Source: the human T2T-CHM13v2.0 reference genome, Homo sapiens
Strand: one strand, 5' to 3'
NCBI RefSeq assembly: GCF_009914755.1
Contig: NC_060925.1
DNA: 64,000 nt
Part shown: positions 1-13,835 of the stretch, piece by piece
Layout of the letters: each line of letters starts with the position of its first letter
Position numbering within the stretch: position 1 is the first letter of the stretch
Program-made: the position numbers and the translations under genes
Notes under the pieces: generated by a model
Seen by the model: the letters and a program-made list of their open reading frames with translations, nothing else
The model's database searches: none
What the model was told of the DNA's origin: nothing

Positions 1-2235
1 ACAGAGTCCTCCTCCAGGTCTTGCCTGGAGACAAGCACCAGCTGAGGGTTCAGGATTTCTCAGAACTCAGGTGACCTCCCTGTAGAGGGGGCCCCTGAGC
101 CCCAGCCTGGCAGCTTCATCTACTGCAGCTGGCAAACTCCCCAAGGGGAGGAAATCAGACCATGAGGCTCCATGACTCAGGGGTGGCCTCCACACAGTGA
201 CCCCTCTCCCCTCCTCACACATGCAGCATCCATAGACAAGTCCGGCCACTGGAAACCGAACCCCCACATCTCTGCCCTTCTGATAAAATCAGCATGGACC
301 AGGGCTCCCTGTATGTGGGGCTCTGACTTGGATACTTTCTCATGTTCATCTTTTATAGTTTTCAGTTACGCTGAAAGGGTCAGCTCCTGATGCCCATTGG
401 ATAGATAAGAAAATGGAGGCTCAGTGAAGTGACTTGCCCAAGACCATGCCCACAGTGAGTAACAGTGCCTGATTTCAAGACCATTCATGTCCTTTCCACT
501 ACCCACACCACTGCCAAGACACCCCACGTGATATGACCAGCACAGCCATCACTAATAGCATCAAACTCAAACCTCAAGTGCCACATTGAAAAGAGGAATC
601 CCCAAGGCATCTGACAAATGTCCTGTGGGGGAGAGAGCACATAGGAAGACCCCCATAGTTGCCAGCTGCCACCAATCACAGCCCAAGCCCATTAGCTGAG
701 TCAGTTTCCTAGGAAAGGTTTTGAAACGCTGTTAATTCCCCCAATTATAAGACAAATGTTTGTTGATCCTCTTAAGGTTTATCACATAGCAGTGCTGCCT
801 GAGTAACAGCTAAATCCAAGGGGCCCAGTGCCGTGGAGTGGAAGGCGTGTGGTACCTGAAAAAGCAGGCTCAAATCTGATCCCAGAGCTGTCCTCACTCA
901 GAGTATGACTTTGGGCAAGTCACTTAACCATCCTAGACTTCTATTTCCTCGCCTGTCAAATGAACGAGTTGAATTATACGGTACCCAAGGTCCTCGCGGG
1001 CTGAACTTTCCAGAAGATGGTGATTCGTGATTCAATTAAAGTTTACCAGGCTGCCTATCAGAAAATTTAATGACTCTTCCAAGTTGACCAAGGCAGGTAA
1101 AAAAGATTATAAATGTAATTTCATTGAAATGGGAAAAGATGAGAATAAGCAAGCAAATAACATCTTAACACAGAGGCCACACTCGCCAGCGAACAGTGAG
1201 TCACTGCCTTTGCGTGGGGGAAAAAAGGAATGAAATTGGATTCTCTGGAGCTCACATGGACTTGTTTTCCCAGAGACTTGGAGAGGGCTTGCCATAGCCA
1301 GGGGATAGATGAGACTCTGGGGGTTAACTAGAAATGGGGGGAGAGAGGTCCCAGGGGAATGTGATTTAAGCCAACCTAAAAGAAGAATTTATGACAACTG
1401 CAGTCATTTCTTCTCCATTTGACCCACAGGCCTCCAGACTTGCTGAGATGTGGCTCTGAAAGATTCTGAGATAGTTTAGATTGAGTCCCAACGGGAATTT
1501 TGTTCCCAGGGAGGTTAAACGTTCTCTGTGGAACCTCAATTCCCTAAGAAACATTTGCAAGGAGGGTAATTTAAGCAAAAATACTATTTGTTTCCCAATT
1601 TACAAGCAATTACACATGATTTACAGCCCAGCTTGCCTCTTGCACAAGCAGCTCTGTAATTTACAAGACCATAAAGTCGGGGGCTCCCATGCTCCCGCCA
1701 CAATAAATCTGGCCTGGATGGTGACTTGGGGCGGAAATGATTAATCTGCCCTTCGAGGGATAAGCCAGCACAGTGCTATATTAGCCAGGGAAGCATGGTG
1801 CTGAGACGGCACTTCTTAGCCCCACCCGTGACACCTGTTTTGCTCTAGAAGAGAAATATGCCCCATGGTCCCAAGAGACAGGGGTATAGGACATGCTAGC
1901 CAGGAAAGGGTGCCAGCCAAGGGTGCAGGTCCAGCCATCTGTGCACTGATGTGCACCTTATCTGTTATCCTGAGGGTTTGCCCCAATCACCTCTCCACAG
2001 GCCCAGTTCTGCATCAGCTGGGGCAGCTTGTGGCAGATTTGTGATGTCTCAAGCTGGACATGGGACCAGACAGGCTATCAGGCAAGTGTCAGACGGAAAG
2101 GTCATGGTTTGGCCTGGACTGCAGCTAAAGAGTTTGCCAAGCCAACAGGGGCCTTGGACGTTCATCAGAGCAGTCAAGCTTGGACTGGGTGGGTCTGGAT
2201 CAGAACCTCTTTGCCAGGACAGAGATGGCTGGGAG

Positions 2236-2256
2236 GTCAGCACCAGGGACAGCTCC
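2236..2256 (+). promoter_or_regulatory. RE1/NRSE (REST/NRSF binding site)
   Basis: GTCAGCACCAGGGACAGCTCC; 18/21 match to consensus TTCAGCACCACGGACAGCGCC, with a perfect TCAGCACC-nn-GGACAG core. Confidence 0.8.
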
Positions 2257-2644
2257 AGCAAGGTTCTGCTTGGCTAAGGCTGAGGATGACCTTGGTCTTT
2301 TGACTTCCCACAGTTGAAGTTAGCGGGGGAGTGAAGGTGAGAAAAATTTCTAGCTTGAAAAGCCTGGACTAAGGCAGATCCTAATCTTTGTGGATCCATG
2401 TAAGAGCCCTCTTTTCTTCCTCACGAAGCCGGGTGTCTCTGGACACCGAGAGATCACTCTGAATACCACTGAATCCTTGATGGATTTAATCATAGCTTAT
2501 TTCCAAGATCCTCCTCATCAGAACCCTCTTCCAGGATACAGACCACCCCCCCAACCCCTTGGCATTCTCATACTCATATGGATTCTGATCTTCAGGCTTA
2601 GATCCTGAGAAGAAAATAATAATAGAGCCGGGCATGGTGAGCCC

Positions 2645-2980
2645 CTCATTCATTTATTCACCAAGTATATAATAAGACCCACTATTTGCCAGACAATGTG
2701 CTTGTTTTGAGGGATACAATGGTTTAAAAAAAGATGTATGGAATCCTTGCCCTCTTAATACGTGAGAAGGACAATTAAGTTAATGTTAACAATCATGAAT
2801 ATTTGTTGAATTATTACTAAGTATCAGGTCTTGTGTTGGGCCCCTTTAGAGACAACATCTCACACAGTTAGCAAAAGGAGGGGCTAAAATTTGAAGTCAG
2901 ACATCCTGACTCTAGGGCCTTCCCTTTTAACCACTAGACAATGACAATATAGTTTGATCAGTGCTGTGATAGAGTGCAAG
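2645..2980 (-). mobile_element. L2 3' fragment with embedded MIR fragment
   Basis: TCATTCATTTATTCACCAAGTAT...CCCACTATTTGCCAGAC, typical of the L2 3' end on the minus strand; boundaries approximate. Confidence 0.55.
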
Positions 2981-3499
2981 AGCCTTTCTGGTCCTCACTT
3001 CTCTTCCCCAGCTCCTGGTCCTCCCTTCTTCACTGCAAGCTGAGACCAGGGGGTATGTGCACCTCTGCCCTTTCTATTGGGACCCACAAATCTCTGAAGT
3101 GCTTCTCACTCTGAAGCTTTTCTCTGCCTTGTCCTGGATTTCTGCTCCAACCTCCATGCCCAGCAGGGCCTGACTACCCTCTGCTCAGGGATCACTCTAC
3201 AGCATATAGCTCATGGCCCTGAGGGAGCATGGGAAATGAGGGAGCAAGACTCATGGGTCATCTGTGTCTCTATGGAAACACTGACACCAGGAAGCAGAAC
3301 CACAGCCTATGGTCTGGAAAGGAGGAGGTAGGTGACAGGTAGGAGGTAAAGAGGAAGTAAGATGGAAAACCAGGTAGGAAATCCAGCTTGACAGACACAG
3401 AGTGATGTGGACAAAGGGTGGGGCCCATCGGCAATGCTCCTAGAAGGTAAATGACAAGAGGTGAAGGGCAGAGGGTTAAGATAATGCACTTGGGTGCCA

Positions 3500-3690
3500 G
3501 ACACACTGAGTCAGAAGCCCAACTTTACCACCTATAGACAGGTTACTTAAACTCTCTAAGGCTCTGTTTTTTCCATCTATAACATGGGGCTAATAATAGC
3601 AAAAGCACATCCTGTTATGATAATTGAGATAACAGATCTACGATAAATAGTAAGCACTCAATAAATGATAGCAATAATGTGATAATAATG
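3500..3690 (+). mobile_element. MIR SINE
   Basis: GGTTACTTAAACTCTCTAAGGCTCTGTTTT...CATCTATAACATGGGG...AGTAAGCACTCAATAAATGATAGC. Confidence 0.7.
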
Positions 3691-3970
3691 ACATACTTTG
3701 CCCAGTAAGCCTGTCCTGAAGGACCTGGCCCCGGGTACCTGGGAACAGAGGCCCAGATTCAGTGCCAGGTCCTCTGGTGTGTTTGCCACTAGGCCCTCTG
3801 TCGTACTGAGAAACTGAGCTGGCAGAGCACTGGGGTTCTGTGATGGTGGCAGACTCCCTGCCCCAACCCTGCCCCAGCTACCCCCATCTCTTGCAGGTAG
3901 AAACATCCCTGGAAGCTTTTACCATGAGTGATGGGAGCACTATTATTCACTTCCTCACAGTTTCACCTGC

Positions 3971-3997
3971 TCTTCTCTCTCTCTTTCACTCTCTCTC

Positions 3998-4040
<43 letters not shown>
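3971..4040 (+). repeat. compound (TC)n-(GT)20 microsatellite
   Basis: TC-rich tract followed by an uninterrupted GT run at 4001-4040. Confidence 0.95.
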
Positions 4041-4041
<1 letters not shown>

Positions 4042-5249
4042 TTCTTTGTTTCCCTCTGTTCATGCTCCCTCCATAGATTTATTTTTGTCTCCGCCCTTCC
4101 TGTCTTTTCCTCTCCCCCACCATCACTACCACTACCCCGCAGGGCAGGATAACTGGTGGCCATTGGGAGTGACACTCATTCCCATAAGGCAGGTCAGAAG
4201 CACATTGTTAAGGAGGTTGACTGAGTATCCTACCCACAGGTGTTGATACTCCCCCAAGATTAGGGAATGTTTTAACCTCTTTCCAAACAAGCTTTGGGCA
4301 GCTCTGAAAATACCTCCACCTGCCCTTTCAAGGGCCCCTTGCTGGTAGCTCCTCCACCTCTCTCACATGCACCTAGTCAGCCCACTGGTCACAGCACAGG
4401 AACATGGTCACAGTTGCTGCCCCTCTTTACAATCTGGAGCCTCCACAGCTGCTGGCCCCACCTGCCACAGCTCCACGTGGGGCAAGGCCAGGACTTGCTG
4501 GGGTCTTTGCCATGACATTCAGGCTGGCAACTGGGTAGCAACGTGGCTCCCATTTCCCCAGCAGTGGGTGTCTCAGGAGCAGATGTGCCTGTCGGGACAG
4601 CACTGACACCCCCACCTGGGAAGCACTCTCTACTGTTGTTTGACAATTGACAATTTGAGCAAACAGAATGACTCATCCAGAGACAAAGCCAAGGCAGGCA
4701 GCCTTTCCAACCCTCTCCCAAGGGAGGCAAACTAATTTGGGGGCCTTGTCAAAGTGCCAAATCCCTACTCTCTCTACTCCCATGAAGAAGCCAGATTAAT
4801 GAAATTGATACCATATGCCACCCTCTCTTCCCCCAAATTACACTGGCTCCCAAGACAAAGCAACCCTTCCAGAAAACCAAACCCGCATCCTCCAGCTCAT
4901 CCCCCAAGTCAAAACCTGAAGGTTACCATGCCAAGAGTGTCAACAGGGGCTGAGCAGGGCCCCACCAATGGCAGGAGCCAGTCAAGACAGCCAGGGGGAG
5001 AAATGGACCTAAACAACTCAGGGAGGTCACACCTGCCCCTCAGAAACCAGCAAGGGGCTGTGTCTGGTCATCCTCTCTCCATTCTGAGAACAGTGAACGT
5101 TTAATAAGGAGACGGGGCCCATATTCAAATCTGCCACCTGGGAGCAGAGTTAGATTTGGGTTTTGGTTTTGTTTGGTTTTTGGAAGCAAGTTTGATCTTG
5201 ACAAATTAACTGCCTCCCAACACACACATAATCATTGACAGATAGATTT

Positions 5250-5500
5250 ATTTATCCATTCATTCAACATTTGTTGGCACTAACCATGTGCCAAGCCTGT
5301 TGCTAGGCCCTGGAGGTGCGGAATGAAAATCCTAATGATGGAATAAGTACTGGAGTAGAGAGAGTAGAGACCTGCATAAAGTACCCTGGGTGTGCATGAT
5401 GAGGAAAGAGTCACTATTTTCTGAGGATATTCGAAAGGGCTTCATTGTAGAGAGGACACTGGCATAAGCAACAGGATAAGTGAAATTCACCAAGGGAAGA
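5250..5500 (-). mobile_element. L2 fragment
   Basis: CCATTCATTCAACATTTGTTGGCACTAACCATGTGCCAAGC... Confidence 0.6.
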
Positions 5501-8419
5501 CACGGAACTCACAGAGTTCAATGCAGTCTTGGGTCCTGGCTTCAGGCCATAACACACATCTTCTCAAAGCCAGCTGGGCACAACACACCCAGAAATCACA
5601 GAGCTTTCCATGAAACCCCATGAGGATGCGAATGGACAGAACTCTATCATGTGATGTAAGAACAATTCAGCTAATCGAAACTATGACCATATGAAAAATG
5701 GCAATATGAAATACTTTCAAAAAATTTGGCAGGGGAAAAAATATATAACATCAGTGTTATCTCCAATGGCAGTGTGAAGGGCAAGGTTGACAGGTAGGGT
5801 AAGGATGCTTGATGCCAGGTGTGATATCCAAAAACTGAGCAGTCATTCATCACGTCAGCTGCTTCTGCTTTCTGGAGACCTGTGTTAGCAGCCACCAAAG
5901 GTTTAATAAACACATACAGAGGCAGAATTGACTGGGAAAATTTTATCAACCAACTACACAGTTTCTGCAATTTGTGAAAAGACCACTCTCTGCTACGAGC
6001 TGGAATGGGTCTCTCTGCTCCTGAAACTCCCTTAATGTGAACTAGGAGGTCATCCGTATGTCTTCCACAGGTGATGAGTGGGGCCACCGTACCATATCAG
6101 GCCTCATTGCCCTCAGGAAATTCCTTAAACACCGGAGTCTGATATCGGAGGTCCGCATATACTGACTCAAATGACATTTCTAGCCTTTCTCTCATTCCAA
6201 TCCTCTAATCTAGCTGGGTCATTCTATGCACCATTCACCTCACATCCTTTACTCTTTTGCCCACCATTGGAAGCTCAATTCCTGGCACAAAAATTGTACT
6301 CAGTAAATATTTTATGAATGAATAAAAGGATGGATGGGTGGATGAATGGTTGGACAGGTCAGTGAATCCTACCACTATGCCATTTTCTCTGATTGGAATA
6401 AGTCTCCCCAGATCCAGCTTGTCTTGGAGAACTGGCTCCCAACACTTCTCTAGGGTTCCTCTTCCCCAGCCCACTCCACTGTACATAGATTACTTGTTCC
6501 TCTTCATTGCTGGTCATGGGTCTGCCATGCTCACTGGGAAATCAATTATGCTTTGATTCCACAGATTGCCCTGCAATGTCTCTTATATTCCTCTTGGTTT
6601 TGTAATTGGTTTTTCATGACTTTGTTCCCCCAATAGCCTTTCACTACCACAAGAAGAATGACCCTATATTTTATTCCAAGACAGTCCTGGACCATTGGGC
6701 CAGTCCAGTAGGAACTGACTAGGTGATGATGTGCTCACAACAAGCCCTTGTTGGGGAGCCATGCAAAGCTGTGAGACACCACCAGCCAGGCAAAGCAAAA
6801 TTGGCCTCTCTCTGGCTTTACTGCTGTGGGACATTGGCTGACCACTTGCCTCTGGACCTCCAGGACATGCTTAGTCTGGCTCTTCTGTGGCCCTTCCCTT
6901 GGAGAACCTCCTTCACCTCCTGGTTCTGGTAGGGCTGTCAGTCATAGAGCACCTTCTCCAAGACATAGAGATGGGCAAGTGTCTAAAATGGCAAAGCAGC
7001 CTCATCATCCTTCTGACTCCAGGATAGCCACATGACCAAGTCCAGGCCAACTGGGAGGGCTTTATTCAAGAGCTTGGAGGGGAAACATCCTTCCCATACA
7101 AATGGAAGGCTGCCTTTGCCGTAGAATTGAATGAGGCTGCAGCTAGGCCTCACAGAAGCAAAGTCAAGGGATGGCATGGCTTGATTACCCAGGTCTAGCC
7201 ACATCTGAACCAGTCTACCCCTAGACTGCCAATTCTGAGGGCCTGCTAATTCCCTTTTTACTTAACACACTTAGAGTTGGGCCTCTAAAATCAAGAGAAT
7301 CCAGAGTCTAAGTCCTCCCCTCTGTGCCTTAAGAAGGATGAGAGATGTGCAAATTGCTCCACTTCCAGAGAGGGACAGTGGGGAAAGGTTATACTTCGAT
7401 ATCAGAAGCCTCTTAGAAGTTCTTGGCAGCTCCTAGAACCTTGCCCCAATCCCAGGGAGGCTTCTGGGTGGCCTTCGGCAGCTCTGATCCTCAATGCTCA
7501 AAGACTTCTAGGTGGATAGCAGAGTGAAGAAGACTGCTGCCTGCCATCTCCTCTCCAGCACAGTCATCAGCATCCACATTCCCCCACCTGACACCTTCCT
7601 TTTCTTCTGCTCTTCTTGCAGCCACGTTATATAAATGGGCCCACCAATAGTCACAGAGGCCTGGAGACACCCTTTTGGAGGGAACAGGGAAACTTCTCCA
7701 GCTTACCTCTCTGTGAAGTGCTTCTGCGGCAGAACCACTCCCCAGGGCCTGGCACCATCTGTTGTTAGAAATCCCCTTTGCTAATTATTAAACTTCTCTG
7801 AATGGAAATGAATCACGGAGCCAGGCAGGAGGGGGCTTGAGGAGGCACTGGCAATTTACTTAGCGGCAGTAATCATCCCAGCCAGGCCACACGCGGAGGC
7901 TCCTGATCCATCTTTGGCATGGGCTCCGCCACGTGCTCCGCATCCCAACGAGGCTGTGATTTCTGAAGGAGAATCCACAGGGCCTGGGAGGCCTGGGAAT
8001 TTCCTGCAGAACTTCAGTGGTCTGGAACCTCCTTGGAGCCCCTAAGGACCCCACTCTGCCTAGGCCCAAAGAGTCAGCCAGGGCTGAAAGTGGACAGATC
8101 CTGATGGAATGGACCAGGCCTTCCGTACTGATTCCAGCATCTTGGAAGCAAAGTAACAGGCTCACGGCACCCCAGCCAGCTCCTGGATGAGGAAATACAA
8201 TGATGTAATATGATCTTGTCCCTGAATTACACCACAGAGAGAGTGGAAGGGGTAGGAGCAGGGTCTTGAGAAACGGGAGGTGGGTTCTATCCTAACAAGG
8301 GCTCCCACAACCTCCAGGACTTCCCGTTGCCACTCTTATTCCCCTTTCCCTCAGGTGGGCTGAGCCAGGTTACGTTCAGGGAGTCAAAATGAGTGTAGGG
8401 CGCTAGGAAAGAAAATCCC

Positions 8420-8620
8420 CATGTCTTGAGCACTTTCAAGGGTCCAATCTCTTTGCTGTTTTCTCATGGAATCTGCCCAACAACCATGCAAGACAGGCAT
8501 TATTCTCATTTAACAGACTAGAAAACTGAGGCTCAGAGAGGAAAAGTGACTCGCCCAATGTCCCTCAGCAAGCTGGGAGCAGAAGTCGGCCCAGTTCCAT
8601 GTGACCCTTTTCTCTCTACT
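8420..8620 (-). mobile_element. MIR SINE
   Basis: GAAAACTGAGGCTCAGAGAGGAAAAGTGACTCGCCCAA core on the minus strand. Confidence 0.7.
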
Positions 8621-9057
8621 AGACTAGGGGCCAAAGGATGGGGCAGAACATCTGTGTCCAGAGGAGGATTCGTTGACACTCAGGGAAAGCACATGGGGGC
8701 CCAGGGTCTCCATCATCATCACCATCAGTTCTGAGCTTGTACCAGGTGCCCACTGGCCTTGAAAGTACAAAGACCTGAGAGGTTCCCACTGTAGTCCCTT
8801 GGGAAGAAAGTCAGGTATCAGTGACCCATGCCAGTCTGGTATCTGCCCCAGGACAACAGAGGAAAAGCAAATCTCCAGGCAGTCCCTTCATGCACCTAAC
8901 CCTCCCTTGTTCAGATACTTCCAAAGCTACCCCCAGCCCTTAGGATAGCATACAGAGGCCACCAGGGCCCTGCAAAGCCTGTTCCCTGCCTGCCTCCTTA
9001 GAAGCAACACTCCACCCCTCCTCCCTGCGTTGGCGGCGCTGGACTTCTCTGGCCTAG

Positions 9058-9545
<488 letters not shown>

Positions 9546-9589
9546 TGAGGCATGAAAAATGATTTCAGATGACGTAGGAGACGTTTATG

Positions 9590-9995
9590 ATGCTGCGTGC
9601 CACATCCTCCCAGCTCACCTGATTTCAGAAGAGCTGTCATGGACAGTACCCTGCCCTTGTCTCACCTGAATTTTGGGAAGGTCACTCAGCCCCTCATGAG
9701 AAAGCAGGAAGTGTGAGGGGGAAGTAACATAATGGGTGTTGGAAATTGCAGACATGTGCCCAGCTTCTCTGTCCTCCAGTGAGATGACTCTGTGGTGTGT
9801 TTTGCTCGGTTCTTCAGGCCTTCATGGGATTGAGGCCCCAGCAAACCCATGAAATACTGGGCAGCAGCCAGCTCAGCATTTCATTGGCTTTTATCCCTTC
9901 CCTGCCTCAGTTTCTCCACACCTGCACTCCTGCTTCCTCCCAAGTAAACTACCTGCCCTCACGTCCTTATTTTAGGCTGTGCTTTCAGGGCAGGT
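9590..9995 (+). mobile_element. ERVL solo LTR (LTR16/LTR33-like)
   Basis: 3' end CTCCCAAGTAAACTACCTGCCCTCACGTCCTTATTTTAGGCTGTGCTTTC resembles the LTR16-family terminus. Confidence 0.55.
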
Positions 9996-10016
9996 GATCA
10001 CAGAAAACTCTTTTTA

Positions 10017-10096
10017 TTAGGTTGGTGCAAAAGTCATTGCATTTTTGGCCATTACTTTCAATGACAGAAACCGCAGTTACTTTTGCACCAACTTAA
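10017..10096. mobile_element. MADE1 (Hsmar1-derived MITE, 80-bp palindrome)
   Basis: TTAGGTTGGTGCAAAAGT...ACTTTTGCACCAACTTAA; 80 bp, TA on the left flank. Confidence 0.92.
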
Positions 10097-10174
10097 TCCT
10101 TTATTAGTTATGTACCTATGGGTTAAAATATGTTAACATATATATGTTTAACACATGCATATATTAAAATATAA

Positions 10175-10960
10175 ACAGCACAGATAATAGCCCAAAGGTG
10201 GAAACAACCCAAACGTCCATCCTTGATGAATGGGTAAACAATGTGGTATAAACACAAATGAAATATTATTCAGCCTTAAAAAGGAATGCCAGCCGGGAGT
10301 GGTGGCTCACACCTGTAATCCCAGCATTTTGGGAGGCTGAGGCGGGTGGATCACGAGGTCAGGAGATCGAGACCATCCTGGCTAACACAGTGAAACCCCA
10401 TCTCTACTAAAAATACAAAAAAAATTAGCCGGGTGTGGTGGTGGGCGCCTGTAGTCCGAGCCAATCGGGAGGCTGAGGCAGGAGAATGGTGTGGACCCAG
10501 GAGGCGGAGCTTGCAGTGAGCTGACATTGCGCCACTGCTCTCCAGCCTGGGTGACAGAGCGAGACTCTGTCTCAAAAAAAAAAAAAAAACAAAAAAAAAG
10601 GAATGCCATTCTGATACATGCTACAACATGGATTAACCTCTAAGGCATGCTAAGTGAAATAGGCAAAACACGAAAAGACAAATATTGTATTTATTCCACC
10701 TATATGAGGTACCTAGAATAGGCACCTTTATAGAGACAGCAAGTAGGACAGAGGTTACCAGGGGCTGGGAGGAGGGGTAATGGGGAACTATTGTTTCATG
10801 GGTACAGAGTTTCTGTTTGAGATGATAAAACAGTTCTGGAAATGGACAGTGGTGATAGATGTACAAGATTGTGAATCTACTTAATGTTACGGAATCAGAT
10901 ACTTAAAAACTGTTAAAATGGTAATTTTTATGTTCTATATAGGTATCACAATAAAACATT
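10175..10960 (+). mobile_element. L1 3' end (L1MB-like), interrupted by an Alu
   Basis: AAAGGTGGAAACAACCCAAACGTCCATC...GAAATATTATTCAGCCTTAAAAAGGAA...GGGTACAGAGTTTCTGTTTGAGATGAT...CACAATAAAA. Confidence 0.85.
10291..10594 (+). mobile_element. AluY, full length
   Basis: GATCGAGACCATCCTGGCTAACAC and GGAGCTTGCAGTGAGC AluY diagnostics; TSD AAAAAGGAATGCC at 10278-10290 and 10595-10607. Confidence 0.95.
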
Positions 10961-11063
10961 TTTTAAAACTTTAAATATACATAAATAGCACATTGGGACT
11001 CAGGTTTTCACAGATAACATCACCCAGGACAAGGCTAAAAAATCAATGAGCTTATCTAAAGTT

Positions 11064-11065
<2 letters not shown>

Positions 11066-11100
<35 letters not shown>

Positions 11101-11383
11101 AGAGGGAGTCTTGCTCTGTCGCCCAGGCTCGAGTTAGTGCAGTGGCACGATCTCAGCTCACTGCAACCTCCACCTCCTGGGCTTAAGTGATTCTCCTGCC
11201 TCAGCTTCTTGAGTAGCTGAGACTATGGGTGCATGCCACCATGCCCAGCTGATTTTTTGTATTTTTAGTAGAGACAGGGTTTCACTGTATTAGCCAGTAT
11301 GGTCTCGATCTCCGGACCTCGTGATCTCCCGCCTTGGCCTCCCAAAGTGCCGGGATTATAGGCATGAGCCACTGCGCCCAGCC
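11066..11383 (-). mobile_element. Alu (AluSc-like), full length
   Basis: long poly-T followed by a dimeric Alu ending ...GCGCCCAGCC. Confidence 0.95.
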
Positions 11384-11384
11384 T

Positions 11385-11495
11385 AAAGCTTTTAAAAAGC
11401 AAAACAATGAGAAGTAAATGATCATGGAGATCGGTATGCTGCTGGGCAAAAATTGTGAAGGAGGAATTTAAACTATCGGTTTTGGGAAGCCCTGC
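11385..11495 (+). mobile_element. hAT-Charlie relic (MER113-like) terminal fragment
   Basis: GGCAAAAATTGTGAAGG...TTTGGGAAGCCCTG resembles the MER113 3' terminus (recalled). Confidence 0.45.
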
Positions 11496-13835
11496 CCTGA
11501 AGGAGAAGATATCCCCACTGCTGCGTGCTCCTGAGGCACCCTCCACTTTCTCCTTTGGTGCCGCTCATTACAGCTGCAAATTCTTATTTCCTTGTCTGTT
11601 TCCCCACTGGCCTGTAGGTCACATGAGAGGTCACATGACAGCAGTAAGCCGTCTACCCCATTCCTTTCTGTATCCCAGCATGTAGCAGGTGGGAAGTGTT
11701 AATAAACAAGTGCTAAATTGAATGACATGAAATTCGAATGAGCAGGAAGGCCTCCTGAAAGAGGAGAGTCTCCAAAAGTGAACAGGATTTGCTTTAACAG
11801 CAAAGAAGCAAAAGAAGCAGAAGAGCATCCCAAGGAGCAACCCAAAGTAGGAAGACCTGTGATGTGTTCTGGAAGCACTGGGTTCTCCTGCTTGGCTACA
11901 GCAGGGGATGGACACATGGGAGGGTGTGTGTCGTGGGGTAGTCAGAGAGGAAGCTGGATGTGCGATGGGCCCTTGAATGCCAACCTCAGGCATTTGAGTG
12001 AATCCTTGTAAGCCAACAGGACAGTGACAGGGGAGGCTCTCGACTCCTTCCCTTTTGCCAGAGTTTTAAATCTCAGCTACATTCCCCCCAAGACAGGAGG
12101 TCCTACAGGGCATCTACGACTTCTTACATTCTATGCAACTTATTATATGAATGTGCATTTTTTTTCGGGGGAAAAGCGTTTATCATTTTCATCAGGTCTG
12201 AAAAACCTTTGTGACCTCTTAAGCAGTAAGATGCTCCTGGCTCTGGGGAATAAGCCAATTGGGCAGGGTCCCACTCAAATTGTCCCCATCCCCATGGGCC
12301 ATGGACCTTGGCAGACAAGAATGCCAAGGTGGACAAGGTCTACCCAGTGATCTCAGTCACTATCCGGCTTCACAACTGCCCAGATTGAGGATTGGGACCC
12401 AGGAGGTATGAAATCGACTGCATCTCAAGGTATGCTATTGGTTGAAGGGATGATCCGTGCTGATCTTTACCCCCTCCCCATGGTTCTTGGATCTCTCCAT
12501 CCTTCCTGGGGCTCTGAGTCATCATCTGAGTTACAGTCCCTTCAATTCTATACCAGCACAGTCCCAAAGCACCAGAGCTCTCAGTTGACCTCCCTTATGA
12601 GCCTCACTTCAGGGGTTAGGGTGGGCTGATCGATCCCCTCCCCAGTCACCCACACTTCTGAAACACATCCCTCTGCCAAAAAGGCTTCTAGACACAGGAC
12701 AGATGAGAGTCCCTCATTTCTCTGTCCTGACCCAGCATCTGGCACAGAACAGCCAATCACAATCTAAGAGTCCAAGCGGGTGTGACCAGCAGCAATCATG
12801 GGCAGTCCTGCTTGGTCACTCCCTCCAGAGGCTGGCTGTCAGTCCCCTCCCCTCCCCACAGGAAGCCAGTCCACATCATCCCTCTGGTGTTGGAGTCAGG
12901 TAGATGTGGATTCAAATCCCGCATGGACCATTTGCCAGCTCAGTGCAAATTACTTCCTTGAGAATCCTCCATTTCTTTAGCTCTGAAATGGGTTAGTAAT
13001 CCTTACTTCATTGAATCCTTATAGGGTAACAAATGAAATCATGCCTGCCTCTCCCAAACCAGGTCCCATTGTCTTAAAGATTTGAGACTCATATCTCCCT
13101 CTTGGAGATGTATAAGATGCACTATTATACTAAAGGTTCTGAGAAGTTCTGGATAAAAGAAACCCAGAGCTGGACCATGAAATTCTAATATGAGAGCACT
13201 CTTACCATTGTGTGCACAGCCAGCTGAGAAGCAGAGCTGATGTATGTAAAAACAGCAGCTTGAGCTTGGCAGGCAGTAGATGCTCAATTAACAGGCTCTG
13301 TCTTCCCCTTTGCAGAGCTGGATATGCAAAAAATGTAGAAAATTAAGAGAATAAAGCCATTCCCCTGCGATGCTTCCTGTGACAGCTCTGAAGGTGGTCT
13401 TAGGGGAGGGGGCTGGAGAGACTGAGGACCCAAGGCAACAGTTTTCTGGGACCAGCTGGTTGATTCTGGGGAGGCTGCCCTGCCTTGCTGAAGAGGGTGG
13501 GTGAATCCTGACAGATTTGAATGCTTCCTAATTCTCCTGAGGGTTTCTCTTCTGTCAGCCAAGACCCACCCACCCATTAGCAGGACTCGGTTGCCAGAGC
13601 ATTGAGAAGAGAAAATCAGTGAAAAGGAAACAAGCCAATAAACAGAGTCCACCCACTGCCAGAGGCCCCAGAACTCCATGTGGAGCCAACTCTGGGGGCA
13701 GGCCCTGCAGGGCAAGACCTCCCCTGCACAGCCACAGGGACCCAATGGGGCTGCTCTCTGCACATCACTCCCCCTACACTGTGTCCGCTGATTATGGCAG
13801 TGTTCCCTACTACAGCATAAACGAATGCATTATGT

